This document shows, piece by piece, positions 17,680-27,327 of a DNA stretch of 64,000 bases (position 1 is the stretch's first letter; every line of letters starts with the position of its first letter). Origin of the DNA: Candidatus Bruticola sp. Lineage in GTDB: Bacteria; Vulcanimicrobiota; Xenobia; Xenobiales; Xenobiaceae. The stretch is from assembly GCA_051874735.1 (NCBI GenBank), contig JBJEGD010000004.1:110071-174070 (forward strand), written 5' to 3'. Under the pieces are notes generated by a model that was given only the letters and a program-made list of their open reading frames with translations, was not told the origin of the DNA and did no database searches. Both the position numbers and the translations under genes were made by a program.

Positions 17680-18819
17680 ATGAGCAGTGCTTATGTCCCC
17701 GGTCTAAAAGTTACCGATCAAATTGAATTAAAAATAGAGCGTCGTTTACCCCTGAAAGGGAATGTAATTGTCAAAAAAGGGGATAGAGTCCGCTGGAATA
17801 CTGTGGTGGCCAATACTTTCTTACCTGGAAGTGTAGAAATAGTTAATGTAGCTGCTAAGTTAGGAGTTGCTCCAGGTGAAGTTAGCCGGATTATGCTCAA
17901 ACAGGAGGGTGATACCGTATTAAAAGGTGATATTTTAGCTAGCAGCAAAGGATTTTTGGGTTTTTTTAAGTCTAATATTTTAGCGCCAATTAATGGTACT
18001 GTAGAGTCTGTGTCTGATGTGAGTGGTTTAGTAGTACTGCGGGCTGCTTCAGTACCGGTAGAAATAAAAGCCTATGTTGACGGAATTATAGAAGAAATTC
18101 TTCCTGAAGAGGGAGTGATTATCAAAACTGTTGCCTCTTATGTACAGGGGATTTTCGGCATAGGCGGAGAGACGGCAGGGGAACTATTTACCTTTACAGA
18201 CTCAGCTCAGGAAGAAATGAAAATTGAAAAATTGAGCTTTGAGCATAAGGGTAAAATTTTAGTAGGTGGTTCTTTAGTAACTGCCGAGTTTTTGCGCCGT
18301 GCTGTGGATATAGGAGTCCGGGCTGTAATAGTTGGCGGAATTTCTGATGCTGATTTAGCCGATTTCTTGGGCTTTGATTTAGGAGTAGCTATTACCGGAT
18401 CTGAAAATAAAGGTATTACTTTAATTATTACTGAGGGATTCGGTACTATAGCTATGGCGGAGCGTACTTTTGCTTTGCTTAAGCGTTATGCTGGCCGATG
18501 GGCTTCTGTTTCCGGAGCTACACAGATCAGAGCTGGAGTTATACGTCCGGAAATAATTGTCGCCAAAAACGAGGACGAGCAGGTGCAATTTCAGGAAAAA
18601 GCATCAGTCGCTCCTTGTATATCCGGACTGAGAGTCGGTTCTAGGGTTCGTTTAATTCGCGATCCTGATTTCGGTAAGCTAGCTAAAGTTACAGAGCTTC
18701 CGCACGAAGCTCAGCTTATACCTACTGGAGCTAAAGTTCGTGTAGCCAAAGTTGAGTTAGATGACGGCCGCTGTTTGTCTTTGCCTAGAGCTAATTTAGA
18801 AATTATAGAGGACCACTAA
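17680..18819 (+). CDS. Conserved hypothetical protein with barrel-sandwich-hybrid repeats, central alpha/beta domain and KOW/SH3-like C-terminus
   Basis: VIVKKGDRV; EGDTVLKGDILA...ILAPINGTV; QGIFGIGGE; LIITEGFG; GATQIRAGVIRPE; LRVGSRVRLIRDPDFGKLAKV; starts 2 nt after the ATPase stop. Confidence 0.75.
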   Translation: MSSAYVPGLKVTDQIELKIERRLPLKGNVIVKKGDRVRWNTVVANTFLPGSVEIVNVAAKLGVAPGEVSRIMLKQEGDTVLKGDILASSKGFLGFFKSNILAPINGTVESVSDVSGLVVLRAASVPVEIKAYVDGIIEEILPEEGVIIKTVASYVQGIFGIGGETAGELFTFTDSAQEEMKIEKLSFEHKGKILVGGSLVTAEFLRRAVDIGVRAVIVGGISDADLADFLGFDLGVAITGSENKGITLIITEGFGTIAMAERTFALLKRYAGRWASVSGATQIRAGVIRPEIIVAKNEDEQVQFQEKASVAPCISGLRVGSRVRLIRDPDFGKLAKVTELPHEAQLIPTGAKVRVAKVELDDGRCLSLPRANLEIIEDH

Positions 18820-18903
18820 AAAGTATTCTTTTTTTATTGCATCGGCAGGTATAAAGCTTATTTTGTAGGTAAGTGAAAGCAATATCAGTTGAGGTTTTTG
18901 CTT

Positions 18904-20802
18904 GTGAAAATTAACGATAATATAGGTGAAGCTAACGAAATCAGCTCTGTAAAAGAACAAGTTGGAAGCGAATTTCCGATAAATCAGGCAATATTGGAGT
19001 GGGCAAAAACTACCAATACCAATGTAAAAACTTTGCCCGAGCTTATCCGGCGTACTGTAGATACTTACGGCAACAGTCCCTATCTGGGAGTTAGAGTCGG
19101 CAGTGAGTATATTTTTAAAACCTACAATGAAATTTACCAGGAGATAGTTTTTTTTGCTTCAGCTCTGTTAGGTATTGGCTGCCAGCCTGGAGATATGGTC
19201 GCTAATTTCTCTTCTAACTGTGTAGAATGGGCTGTAGTGGACTTCGGTTCGTCCCATGTAAAATGTATTCACGTACCCATGTACGCTACTTTGAGTCAAA
19301 GCGAGTTTGCCTATATTGTTAAAGATTGTGGAGCGAAAGTACTTTTTGTTCTAACTCAGGAGCAATTCAGCAAAGCTTTAGCTGTTGAAAGCGAACTTCC
19401 TGATTTGAAGCATATTGTAGTATCTTCGTCTGTCAGTTTAGAAGGTATTCACAGTAGTAAGCAACTTTGGACTTGGTCTGAGTTTTTAAGTTATGGTCGG
19501 GTTCATCTTAACAGTTACCAGGCTTGCATAGAAGACAGGGTCAGTTCCATAAAGACTACCGATGTAACTAGTATTATTTATACTTCAGGTACTACTGGCA
19601 ATCCCAAAGGGGTCATGCTTATGCATGGCAATTTCTGTAGCCAGGTTGATTCTTTAGATAAAATTATCGATATTACGCATGAAGATGTTCACTTATCATT
19701 TTTGCCTCTATCTCATGTGTTTGAGCGCATATTTTTTTATCTAAACAGCTATAAAGGGGCTTCTTTAGGCTTCGCTCAAAATTTAATTACTGTATTGCAG
19801 GACATGCAGGTTTTGCGTCCCACAACTTTTACTAGTGTGCCGGCTCTCTACATAAAAATTCACGATCGCGCTATTTCTCGCATGACCGGTTTTAAGAGCA
19901 AACCTTTCAAATGGGCTATGAAGGTGGGACGATCTTACAATGCTAATAAGCGCTTAGGCAAAGTTGATAAAGCTGGTCGTATCATTCACGCTATTACTCG
20001 TAGAATGCTATTTAGCGATTTATTTAAAAAATTCGGCGGTCGCATCCGTTTGTTCGTTTCTGGCGGTGCTCCTCTGCCTGCCAATGTTTGTGAGTTTTTC
20101 CTCGATTTAGGCTTTACTATGCGTGAGGGGTATGGCTTAACTGAAACTAGTCCAGTTATTTGTATAAACAGGGCTACTGATATTTGTCCAGGATCGGTAG
20201 GCGAACCAGTCTTCTACAGCCAGGTTAAGATTGCCGAAGATGGTGAAATCCTCACTAAAGGTCCTAATGTCATGCGCGGTTATTTTAAGAATTTGGAGGA
20301 TACTCAAGAAGTTATAGACAGTGAAGGCTGGTTCCATACTGGTGATGTCGGTTATATGGAGGATAACAAAGTATTTATTACCGATCGCAAGAAAAATCTT
20401 TTAGTTTTGTCTAATGGGAAGAACGTAGCTCCTAGCCAGATTGAAGCGGCTATTTTGAAGAGCGAATGGATTACTTCTGCCGTTTTGGTTGGTAATAACC
20501 GCAGCTGCGTAGGCGCTATTATCGTACCTAATTTTGAAAAACTGCGATCCTTCTGCGAAAAGAAAAATATAACTGCAGAAACTAATCGTGAAATGGTCAA
20601 TCATGCTGCAGTACAAGAAATTATCTGCAGTGAAATCAACGAAGCCTGCGATTCTTTCTCGTCTTATGAGAAAGTTAAGCGTTTTTATATTTCAGATCGC
20701 GATTTCTCTTTTGCTATGGGAGAACTGACGCCTACTCAAAAAGTGAAGCGCCGCGAAGTTGAAAAGAATTTCAGCGCTGAGATAGATAAAATGTTTGGCT
20801 AA
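18904..20802 (+). CDS. fadD: Long-chain fatty acid--CoA ligase (AMP-dependent synthetase)
   Basis: IIYTSGTTGNPKGVML, FLPLSHVFER, EGYGLTET, WFHTGDVG, ITDRKK, GKNVAP, ELTPTQKVKR; GTG 18904 follows GAGGT (ORF track start 18889). Confidence 0.9.
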   Translation: MKINDNIGEANEISSVKEQVGSEFPINQAILEWAKTTNTNVKTLPELIRRTVDTYGNSPYLGVRVGSEYIFKTYNEIYQEIVFFASALLGIGCQPGDMVANFSSNCVEWAVVDFGSSHVKCIHVPMYATLSQSEFAYIVKDCGAKVLFVLTQEQFSKALAVESELPDLKHIVVSSSVSLEGIHSSKQLWTWSEFLSYGRVHLNSYQACIEDRVSSIKTTDVTSIIYTSGTTGNPKGVMLMHGNFCSQVDSLDKIIDITHEDVHLSFLPLSHVFERIFFYLNSYKGASLGFAQNLITVLQDMQVLRPTTFTSVPALYIKIHDRAISRMTGFKSKPFKWAMKVGRSYNANKRLGKVDKAGRIIHAITRRMLFSDLFKKFGGRIRLFVSGGAPLPANVCEFFLDLGFTMREGYGLTETSPVICINRATDICPGSVGEPVFYSQVKIAEDGEILTKGPNVMRGYFKNLEDTQEVIDSEGWFHTGDVGYMEDNKVFITDRKKNLLVLSNGKNVAPSQIEAAILKSEWITSAVLVGNNRSCVGAIIVPNFEKLRSFCEKKNITAETNREMVNHAAVQEIICSEINEACDSFSSYEKVKRFYISDRDFSFAMGELTPTQKVKRREVEKNFSAEIDKMFG

Positions 20803-20817
20803 TTTTCCGCTTTTCGG

Positions 20818-21669
20818 TTAGCTTTTAATAGCTCCAGAGGTAATGCCTTTTATAAAGTGCTTTTGAATAGCCAGAAAAAATATTATCATAGGCAAAGCGG
20901 CCAAAAATGATCCTGCAGCCACGACCCGGAAATCGCTGTCAAAACTTGAGGACAGATAAGCTAGGCCTACGCTGATAGGGTAAAATTTTTCCGATTTTAA
21001 AATTACTAGTGGCCATAAGAAAGAGTTCCAGTTAGCTGTGAAGGCAAAGAGGGCTGCTGTCGAAAGCACCGGCATATTTAAAGGAAGACAAACGTGATAA
21101 AAAATAGCCCATTCGCCGCATCCATCCAGTCTGGCAGCATCTTCTAATTCTCGGGGAATGTTGAGAAATGCTTGACGGCATAGCAATACCGTAAAAACAC
21201 TGACGGCGCCGGGAAGAATGACTCCTAGAACAGTATCGTAAAGTCCTAAGGCTCTTATGGTAGTAAAATTTATAATGGTGTTAGCCTGACTAGGCAAAGC
21301 TAAGACGGCTGCCAATACTAACATGACAGCCTCTTTGCCTTTAAAAGTTAAACGGGCCAGGGGATAGGCTGCTAAAGCTGCTATACTTACTTCTAGTAGC
21401 ACCCCTAAAATACAATACAGAACGGTGTTGATAAAAAAACGAAGCAAAGGCAGCTGGTTATTAGCTGCAAACAGGCGCTCATAATATGCAGAGGTCCATC
21501 GCGTTGGCCAAAGCAAATGCAGTCCTGTTCCATAAACTCCATCAGCTTTCCAAGAAGTTATGAATAACCACCAAAATGGCATGATGGATATTGTACAGAC
21601 TACAAAGACAAGGAGCCATCGGGGAGCTGAACTCCATATTTTTTTTATATTTGTGCGCTTATTTATCAA
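20818..21669 (-). CDS. Carbohydrate ABC transporter permease (MalG-like)
   Basis: AAYPLAR, EAA loop IPRELEDAARLDG, WNSFLWP, QKHFIKGITSGAIK. Confidence 0.92.
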   Translation of the reverse strand: MINKRTNIKKIWSSAPRWLLVFVVCTISIMPFWWLFITSWKADGVYGTGLHLLWPTRWTSAYYERLFAANNQLPLLRFFINTVLYCILGVLLEVSIAALAAYPLARLTFKGKEAVMLVLAAVLALPSQANTIINFTTIRALGLYDTVLGVILPGAVSVFTVLLCRQAFLNIPRELEDAARLDGCGEWAIFYHVCLPLNMPVLSTAALFAFTANWNSFLWPLVILKSEKFYPISVGLAYLSSSFDSDFRVVAAGSFLAALPMIIFFLAIQKHFIKGITSGAIKS

Positions 21670-21680
21670 TTTTAGGCCAA

Positions 21681-22115
21681 TTATTCAAAGCAGCAGTTCT
21701 TATCTAGAGCATTTTTTTTCTTCTTTTTTACGCCCTGGCTGCATTCGGCGCATATGCCGTATAAAAATACCACATGCTCATCTACGCTGAAACCGCTGGG
21801 AATATCATGAGTGTCAGCCCCAATACAGCAGTCTATTTCATAAACTTTTCCACAAGCCTTGCAGTGAAAATGATGGTGATGATGTTTACCGGAAAGCTCA
21901 TAGCGCATGCCTTCGCCAGGTAGTTCAACAGTTTTAAATACACCCTCTTCAGTAAGGTACTTTACACTGCGGTAAACGGTAGCTATACCTAAACTAGGAA
22001 GATACTGCTGAGCTACTTGTAAAATTTCTTGTGGAGATAAGGGGCGATCTGCGTCCTGGACGACTTGGCAGATAATCTTTCTCTGTTTCGTTCCGCGTCG
22101 GACAACTTTACTCAC
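21681..22115 (-). CDS. Fur family transcriptional regulator
   Basis: TKQRKII, GIATVYR, HHHHHFHCKACG, YGICAEC. Confidence 0.92.
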   Translation of the reverse strand: MSKVVRRGTKQRKIICQVVQDADRPLSPQEILQVAQQYLPSLGIATVYRSVKYLTEEGVFKTVELPGEGMRYELSGKHHHHHFHCKACGKVYEIDCCIGADTHDIPSGFSVDEHVVFLYGICAECSQGVKKKKKNALDKNCCFE

Positions 22116-22204
22116 AATAGACCTCTTTTTTTATTGTCGAAAATATTCTACAGCCAGATGACAGGCTAAACGCATAAGCAATTAGCATTTTATGTTAAAA
22201 GACA

Positions 22205-22246
22205 AATAAATACCAGAGCAGCATAAAGAATGCTCTGGTATTTATT
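22205..22246 (-). terminator. Intrinsic terminator after the 22311-24278 gene
   Basis: Perfect 16-bp inverted repeat AATAAATACCAGAGCA / TGCTCTGGTATTTATT. Confidence 0.75.
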
Positions 22247-22310
22247 ATATTTGAGTTATATATCAAGATGTTGACAAATTAATTGCATATTTTGAGATTT
22301 AAGAACATAG

Positions 22311-24278
22311 TTAGGGATGAGAAAAGGTAAAGGTCTGATCTTTGGAAGTAAATTTTCTGCTCCATTTATCAGAAACTTCACGGGAGTGACGTCCGCGGCT
22401 TTTCCAAGTGATAGTAATGTTGTAGTTTTCGTTTAAAGCAGCATCATCGCAAACGAGCTCAACGTAAGCGTTGCCTGTGTCATCCCACCAAGTATTTTGC
22501 CAATGTTTACTGAGGTCGCCATCTTGAGTTACCTCAATTTTATAAACATAGAGACGTCGTTCTCTGGGACCTACGCGCATACTCTCAGCTTTGACTACAA
22601 AGTTTCCAGTTTGGCGCACTTCTTTGGAGTTTTTATTTCCTCCCTCAGAGTTTTTAGGAGAAAGCTCTACTTTTATTTTTTTAGTTTGACCAGAATTTAT
22701 AGCTATTTTACCTTTGCCAGTATTGTAACCGTTTTTAGAGACGGAAATGCTAATCTGGCGATCGGAAGGAACATTGCTAATGGAAAAACAGCCAAGGGTA
22801 TCAGTTAAAGCTCGCTGACCGCTGCTGAGAGTAACTCTAGCTCTTTTTATCGGTCGGCCGTTAGAAGAAACTACTTCACCAGTAAGAGAAGAACTGCCTG
22901 TAAGGCTTGGCAACCCGCCGCTAAGTAAGAAATTGGCGTCATCGTCATCAGTTGGAAGTATCGCTTTTGAACTTTTGCTAATTTGTCTTTGCTGTTGAGC
23001 CTCAAAAGAAGCTTCACTAGGAGAAACAGCTTTTACTTGTTTTTTTGAATTTGAAGAGGCGCTGCTAGAGCTGCTCTTGGTGGTATTGTCAATGTCATGT
23101 TCAATGTCAGCAATGTGATCGTCGATATAGCTAAATTTTTTTGTATTAGCATTTGTCTTAAGTGAGACTTTCTTAGATGAAGCTGTTGAATTTTTAGGTG
23201 AAGTAGCAGCAGATTTTGCTATAGTAGAGGAAGTCACATTATGTTTGGAAGAAGCTGCAACTGTGGCCTTAGTTAAATTATTGTTCTGATTCGAAAATGA
23301 TATTAAACTGGCCGAACTGGGACAGCCTTGAACACTGACTCGTAAAGAACCTGAGTTCACTCCGTTGGGAACTTTAAACTTAATGTAATTAGGCTGCCAG
23401 TCAAGGATACAGCTGTTGGGTAAAGGCATGCCTGCAATGGAGACGGTTCCTGTCTCTAAGCTACCTAAGCGAGAGCCTTTAATAAAGACGATATCTCCCG
23501 TTGATGGAGAGGATGGAGTTATTTGGGTTATTTCAGGGAAATTTTGAGCTGATAAATCAAGATTCCAGTTTAACTTCAGAGGCTCGCGACAGTATATCGC
23601 AAAAATTTGGCCTGGATTTACAAGGTTATTGAGGCTCTTGCCAGTTTTGGTCCACTGACCATTGACGAAAGTTCCGGAATGGGATGATATCCAGGTTCTC
23701 TGTGGCCAGCTGCTCCTTTCTTTAAGATCGATAGGAACTATAGTTTGGCCGCTGAGATTGGTGAGTGTGCTGAGCTGATTGGAAACTGTCTTCATACTGG
23801 GAAGACCAATTAAGTTCCAACCGGGAGTCAGTTTAGTTGAGGTGCGCTGAGCCGACTTTTGACTGTTAGTGAAGTAAATGGTGCAAGGTGAATCTGCATA
23901 GGTAAGATAGGCGATACCAGGCTCCAAGCTTTGAGGATTATTTACAGGATCGATAGGTATATAGGAAATACCGCTCATTTTATAGAGCATACGTTTGAGT
24001 CCCCAGACGGAGTCTACTTTTTTGACTGGAAATGATATGATCTGCCAACCAGCTGCAGTACTTATGGAGTTCGCTTTGCCTACAGCAGGAGGGGCCGTTT
24101 GCAGTGAATAGTTTATAATGGGGGGAGGTAGCGAAGGCAGAGGAGGCGGTGTCTCCTGACTAATCGCCTGGGCTGCAGCTTTGTGGCTCATTGAGCAGCT
24201 TAATAAGAATACTGCTATCAGGATAAACACATAACTTGCCCGCAGTTTAGGCAAGCTGCTCAGCGTTTTAATTTTCAC
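22311..24278 (-). CDS. Secreted multidomain protein with IPT/TIG and carboxypeptidase-regulatory-like (CnaB-type) domains
   Basis: Signal ending AAA-Q; repeated GW(Q/N)(I/L)I motifs; PEITQITPSS...GDIVFIKGSRLG...IKFKVP (IPT); LTGEVVSSNGRPIKRARV...TDTLGCFSISNVP...SKNGY; Ser/Lys-rich linker. Confidence 0.7.
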   Translation of the reverse strand: MKIKTLSSLPKLRASYVFILIAVFLLSCSMSHKAAAQAISQETPPPLPSLPPPIINYSLQTAPPAVGKANSISTAAGWQIISFPVKKVDSVWGLKRMLYKMSGISYIPIDPVNNPQSLEPGIAYLTYADSPCTIYFTNSQKSAQRTSTKLTPGWNLIGLPSMKTVSNQLSTLTNLSGQTIVPIDLKERSSWPQRTWISSHSGTFVNGQWTKTGKSLNNLVNPGQIFAIYCREPLKLNWNLDLSAQNFPEITQITPSSPSTGDIVFIKGSRLGSLETGTVSIAGMPLPNSCILDWQPNYIKFKVPNGVNSGSLRVSVQGCPSSASLISFSNQNNNLTKATVAASSKHNVTSSTIAKSAATSPKNSTASSKKVSLKTNANTKKFSYIDDHIADIEHDIDNTTKSSSSSASSNSKKQVKAVSPSEASFEAQQQRQISKSSKAILPTDDDDANFLLSGGLPSLTGSSSLTGEVVSSNGRPIKRARVTLSSGQRALTDTLGCFSISNVPSDRQISISVSKNGYNTGKGKIAINSGQTKKIKVELSPKNSEGGNKNSKEVRQTGNFVVKAESMRVGPRERRLYVYKIEVTQDGDLSKHWQNTWWDDTGNAYVELVCDDAALNENYNITITWKSRGRHSREVSDKWSRKFTSKDQTFTFSHP

Positions 24279-24523
24279 CGATTTTTATCTCCCAATCATT
24301 AAAAATACTCAAAAAATCTTTCTTCAAACAACTCAAGGCTAAAAAAACTTACAGATAAAGCAAAAACTCGAGCTGTATATTACTTAAAGTTTAGCAACAT
24401 TCAGCAATTTCTAAAAGTAGAAAGTAATAATGAAGTTCCACTATTCTGTGTAAAAAATATTTTAAGTTAAAAATATGTTGAAAATTTTTGCAGAAAGTCT
24501 TTTCAGCTAGTTGGACATTCTTC

Positions 24524-25747
24524 TTATAACGGTAAGTTTGCCCTGTATATGTTGTCACTTACTTGAGGATCTTTTTCTAGACTTCGACTGGCTTCTATTA
24601 TGGCCTTACTTAAATCGCTGAGTTTAAGATTGGGGGATTGGGGGAGAAAATAGATAGAGTTAGCAAAGTGGCGTCCTAAAGTTTGGCTGGCTGCCGTTAT
24701 AGCTAAGCAATCTGTATAATTTATGGGTAAATTAGAGTTTTGGAGCTTGCGCTGTAACTTATCGGAAAGAACTGGAGCTGGATTGATAGTAGCTAAATTG
24801 GTACTTCTATAGAAGTGCTCCCAAGCTAGCAAACATTGGTAAAAGGCTTGACTAAAGCGTTCGCTGTACATATGGGGATCGGAATGAGGCCTATGATTTT
24901 CCGTTTGCTGCCATTGGTCTTGTGCTAAGTCTCGTATGGGATAGTCTGAACGGTTAGGATCTAAACTTTCTCCTATGGCTGTGAGTTTATTGGAAATGGC
25001 CCCCAAAGCCCTTTGGCGCAGGACGTCCCAAAGTATCTCCGGTTCTTGCCAAGCGGATAATAACGAGCAGCAGTCTGCAAAAGCTTCGTGAGCAGCTGAC
25101 GTCTCAAAATCTTGATAATTATATTGGTGGCAGCTATCGAGAATGGCATGGCCGGTTTCGTGACTGATACTGTCGGGATGGATGTATTCTGGCATATTAC
25201 TTACACCTATACATTTAAAAGGCGACTGCTGATAAAAGGGCTGTTGGCTGCTGAGCTTAGGGTGGCCAACAACTATAGGCAGAGGTTGATCGGCTAATAT
25301 AAATTCTTGCCCTAAGTTATAAGAGAAGGAGTCGAGCGCTTTTTGAGCACTTTGTAGAGCTTGAAGGTGAGAACCGCTGCAAATAGCCTGTTCGCCTTTC
25401 ACGCGAGGTAGTACGTTGTCTAGATTGCGCTCGGGTCCGTAGTGCCATACTTCAAAGTTTTTGTTTTTGGCTACAACTGGTACGGGCCAATGTTCATAAA
25501 ACTTGCGCCATTGTATAGCGGCGGAATTGTCTGGGGCGTCCAGAGTCGACTCGCTGAGCGAGTTATTTTCTTTATCAGTTTGTATAGTTAAAATTTCCCA
25601 AGAATCTAATTCTTCGTTAATTTCACCTGCTTTATGAGGTGAAGCGTGAGAGCGGCAGTTGATATTGAAACCGCTTAAGTTTTGGTAAGCCGAACGTCCA
25701 ACTGCCGCGCTGATTTGGTACATAAATTTAAATCCCCCCCTATACAA
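24524..25747 (-). CDS. Gluzincin-type zinc metallopeptidase (M4/M36-like)
   Basis: ISHETGHAILD (HExxH) followed by AAHEAFAD (third ligand), later PH.YS..FS.AFY; start may be the second Met. Confidence 0.65.
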   Translation of the reverse strand: MYRGGFKFMYQISAAVGRSAYQNLSGFNINCRSHASPHKAGEINEELDSWEILTIQTDKENNSLSESTLDAPDNSAAIQWRKFYEHWPVPVVAKNKNFEVWHYGPERNLDNVLPRVKGEQAICSGSHLQALQSAQKALDSFSYNLGQEFILADQPLPIVVGHPKLSSQQPFYQQSPFKCIGVSNMPEYIHPDSISHETGHAILDSCHQYNYQDFETSAAHEAFADCCSLLSAWQEPEILWDVLRQRALGAISNKLTAIGESLDPNRSDYPIRDLAQDQWQQTENHRPHSDPHMYSERFSQAFYQCLLAWEHFYRSTNLATINPAPVLSDKLQRKLQNSNLPINYTDCLAITAASQTLGRHFANSIYFLPQSPNLKLSDLSKAIIEASRSLEKDPQVSDNIYRANLPL

Positions 25748-26017
25748 GTCGTCAGCTTAAGCTCAAAACATTGTTCTGTGTAGATAGGCAATCGCGCAGA
25801 ACAATTCCGCTGCTTTAGACTGACTGCTTGTATTGAAATTGTAAATGTTATGTTTTAACAAACTGAAGCCCCAATAATGCCAATATATTGACAGCATATT
25901 AAAAGTATGTAATATAGGGCGCTCAAGATTATTTAGGGGAGATTTAGCTAATAGCCAAAAAGAGCCCAACAAAATAGATGTGGAACGAGAAAAACAGCTA
26001 CCTATTTTAATATAGAA

Positions 26018-27130
26018 TTAAATGTCGTCGTCTGGATCTTCTTCACCCGGATTGGGCACCGGATCGGGGGTGTCGTCTTCTGGCTCTAGTGGCTGGGGAA
26101 GTAGCTCTTCTTCATCGAAGGAAGCTGCGCTTTGAATAAGTTCTTCTTTAATTTTAGCTGCTTGGGCTTCCGCCTCACGGGTCATATTCAAAAGCTCATC
26201 TTCGCTGCTGCTGGCCTGAAGTATTTCCTGAGCTGCTGCCAAAGCCGCTGCTTGAGCTTCTGCCTGCATTTTTGCTTGGCGCTCAGCTTCTTTGGCGGCT
26301 TTGCGGGCTGCAATCGTCTGACGTGCTTCTTCTTCAGCCTTTAAAATGATATGCAGCACACTGACAGCCTGCTCAATGAAGCGGTTGATCTCTGCTAGTT
26401 TCTCATCGCTTATAGTGTCTCCGTAGGTGGAGCCGCGCACTAAAATAGCCGTACGATCAGCACTACCTGTAAAAGATTTCAGTTCAATAAAACCGCTTAT
26501 TTCACGCCAAGTAACCAGCAATTCATGACTAGTAACCGCCATAACCTTGCCGGTAAGATTCATGCCGTTTTTAAGTTTCAGCGCCACCGCTGTGCCAGGA
26601 TCGCCTATGGAGCCAGATTTAGCCAACCACTTCGTCAACCCATCTTCATCTTTATAGTAGTGCATAAGGCGGCTGTTTTCATATGGAGCGGTGATAATAG
26701 CAAAGAATGTACGCCGATTTTTATTCCAAAAATTTTCAACGTAGGTTTTGAATAAGGCTAGAGACATCTCCCAGCCCGATTTGGCATCTCCGGCTCCCGC
26801 TTGCCCCTCAGCTCCGGGACCTGTCTCGACAATTTCTACGCGACAGCCGTTGCCGTAAGCGCGGATAGATATATTGAGCGTTTGAGTACCCATACCGGGA
26901 ATAAGCGACTTCATGACCACTTTTTTGGGTGGGATGATGGTGGGCAGATAGTAATCGATATTGAAGCCGAATTTCTCCCAAGTCATGGTTAAAGTACCAC
27001 CATAGCCGGGCCAGCCCACAACTTTGTCGCAGAACCAGCGAGACAAATGCTCTGGTTCTGTCCAAGCTTCAAAGGCGCGCTCTGGTGCTACCTTAGTAAT
27101 TGTGTATCGTCTGATCTCGGGGACGCTCAT
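26018..27130 (-). CDS. SRPBCC/AHA1 (START-like) tandem-domain protein with coiled-coil and acidic tail
   Basis: APERAFEAWTEPEHLSRWF, GWEMSL, second repeat EDGLTKWL; C-terminal EAK-rich helix and D/E/P tail. Confidence 0.78.
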   Translation of the reverse strand: MSVPEIRRYTITKVAPERAFEAWTEPEHLSRWFCDKVVGWPGYGGTLTMTWEKFGFNIDYYLPTIIPPKKVVMKSLIPGMGTQTLNISIRAYGNGCRVEIVETGPGAEGQAGAGDAKSGWEMSLALFKTYVENFWNKNRRTFFAIITAPYENSRLMHYYKDEDGLTKWLAKSGSIGDPGTAVALKLKNGMNLTGKVMAVTSHELLVTWREISGFIELKSFTGSADRTAILVRGSTYGDTISDEKLAEINRFIEQAVSVLHIILKAEEEARQTIAARKAAKEAERQAKMQAEAQAAALAAAQEILQASSSEDELLNMTREAEAQAAKIKEELIQSAASFDEEELLPQPLEPEDDTPDPVPNPGEEDPDDDI

Positions 27131-27327
27131 AGAACTTGCTAAGTTCGCTTGATATTAATTAATTCCTAGTTCCTTAGGAGTCGCTGTTGATATTGTATTT
27201 CCCTGCTGAAAAGCTATTTAGTTCCTTTAATTCTAGGCTTGGATTGCGCAGTCGACTATATAACTTGCCTTTAAAGCTGTGGAGCGGTATTGTATACGCC
27301 TATACCGATTTTTATGAGAGGTCCGCC

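Noticed and set aside
17880-18020. Biotin or lipoyl carrier domain
   Set aside because: Hybrid-barrel pattern present but no MKM or DKA attachment motif.
25763-25972. 69-aa minus-strand ORF between the SRPBCC and peptidase genes
   Set aside because: TTG start, no RBS or domain, AT-rich promoter-like sequence; probably non-coding.
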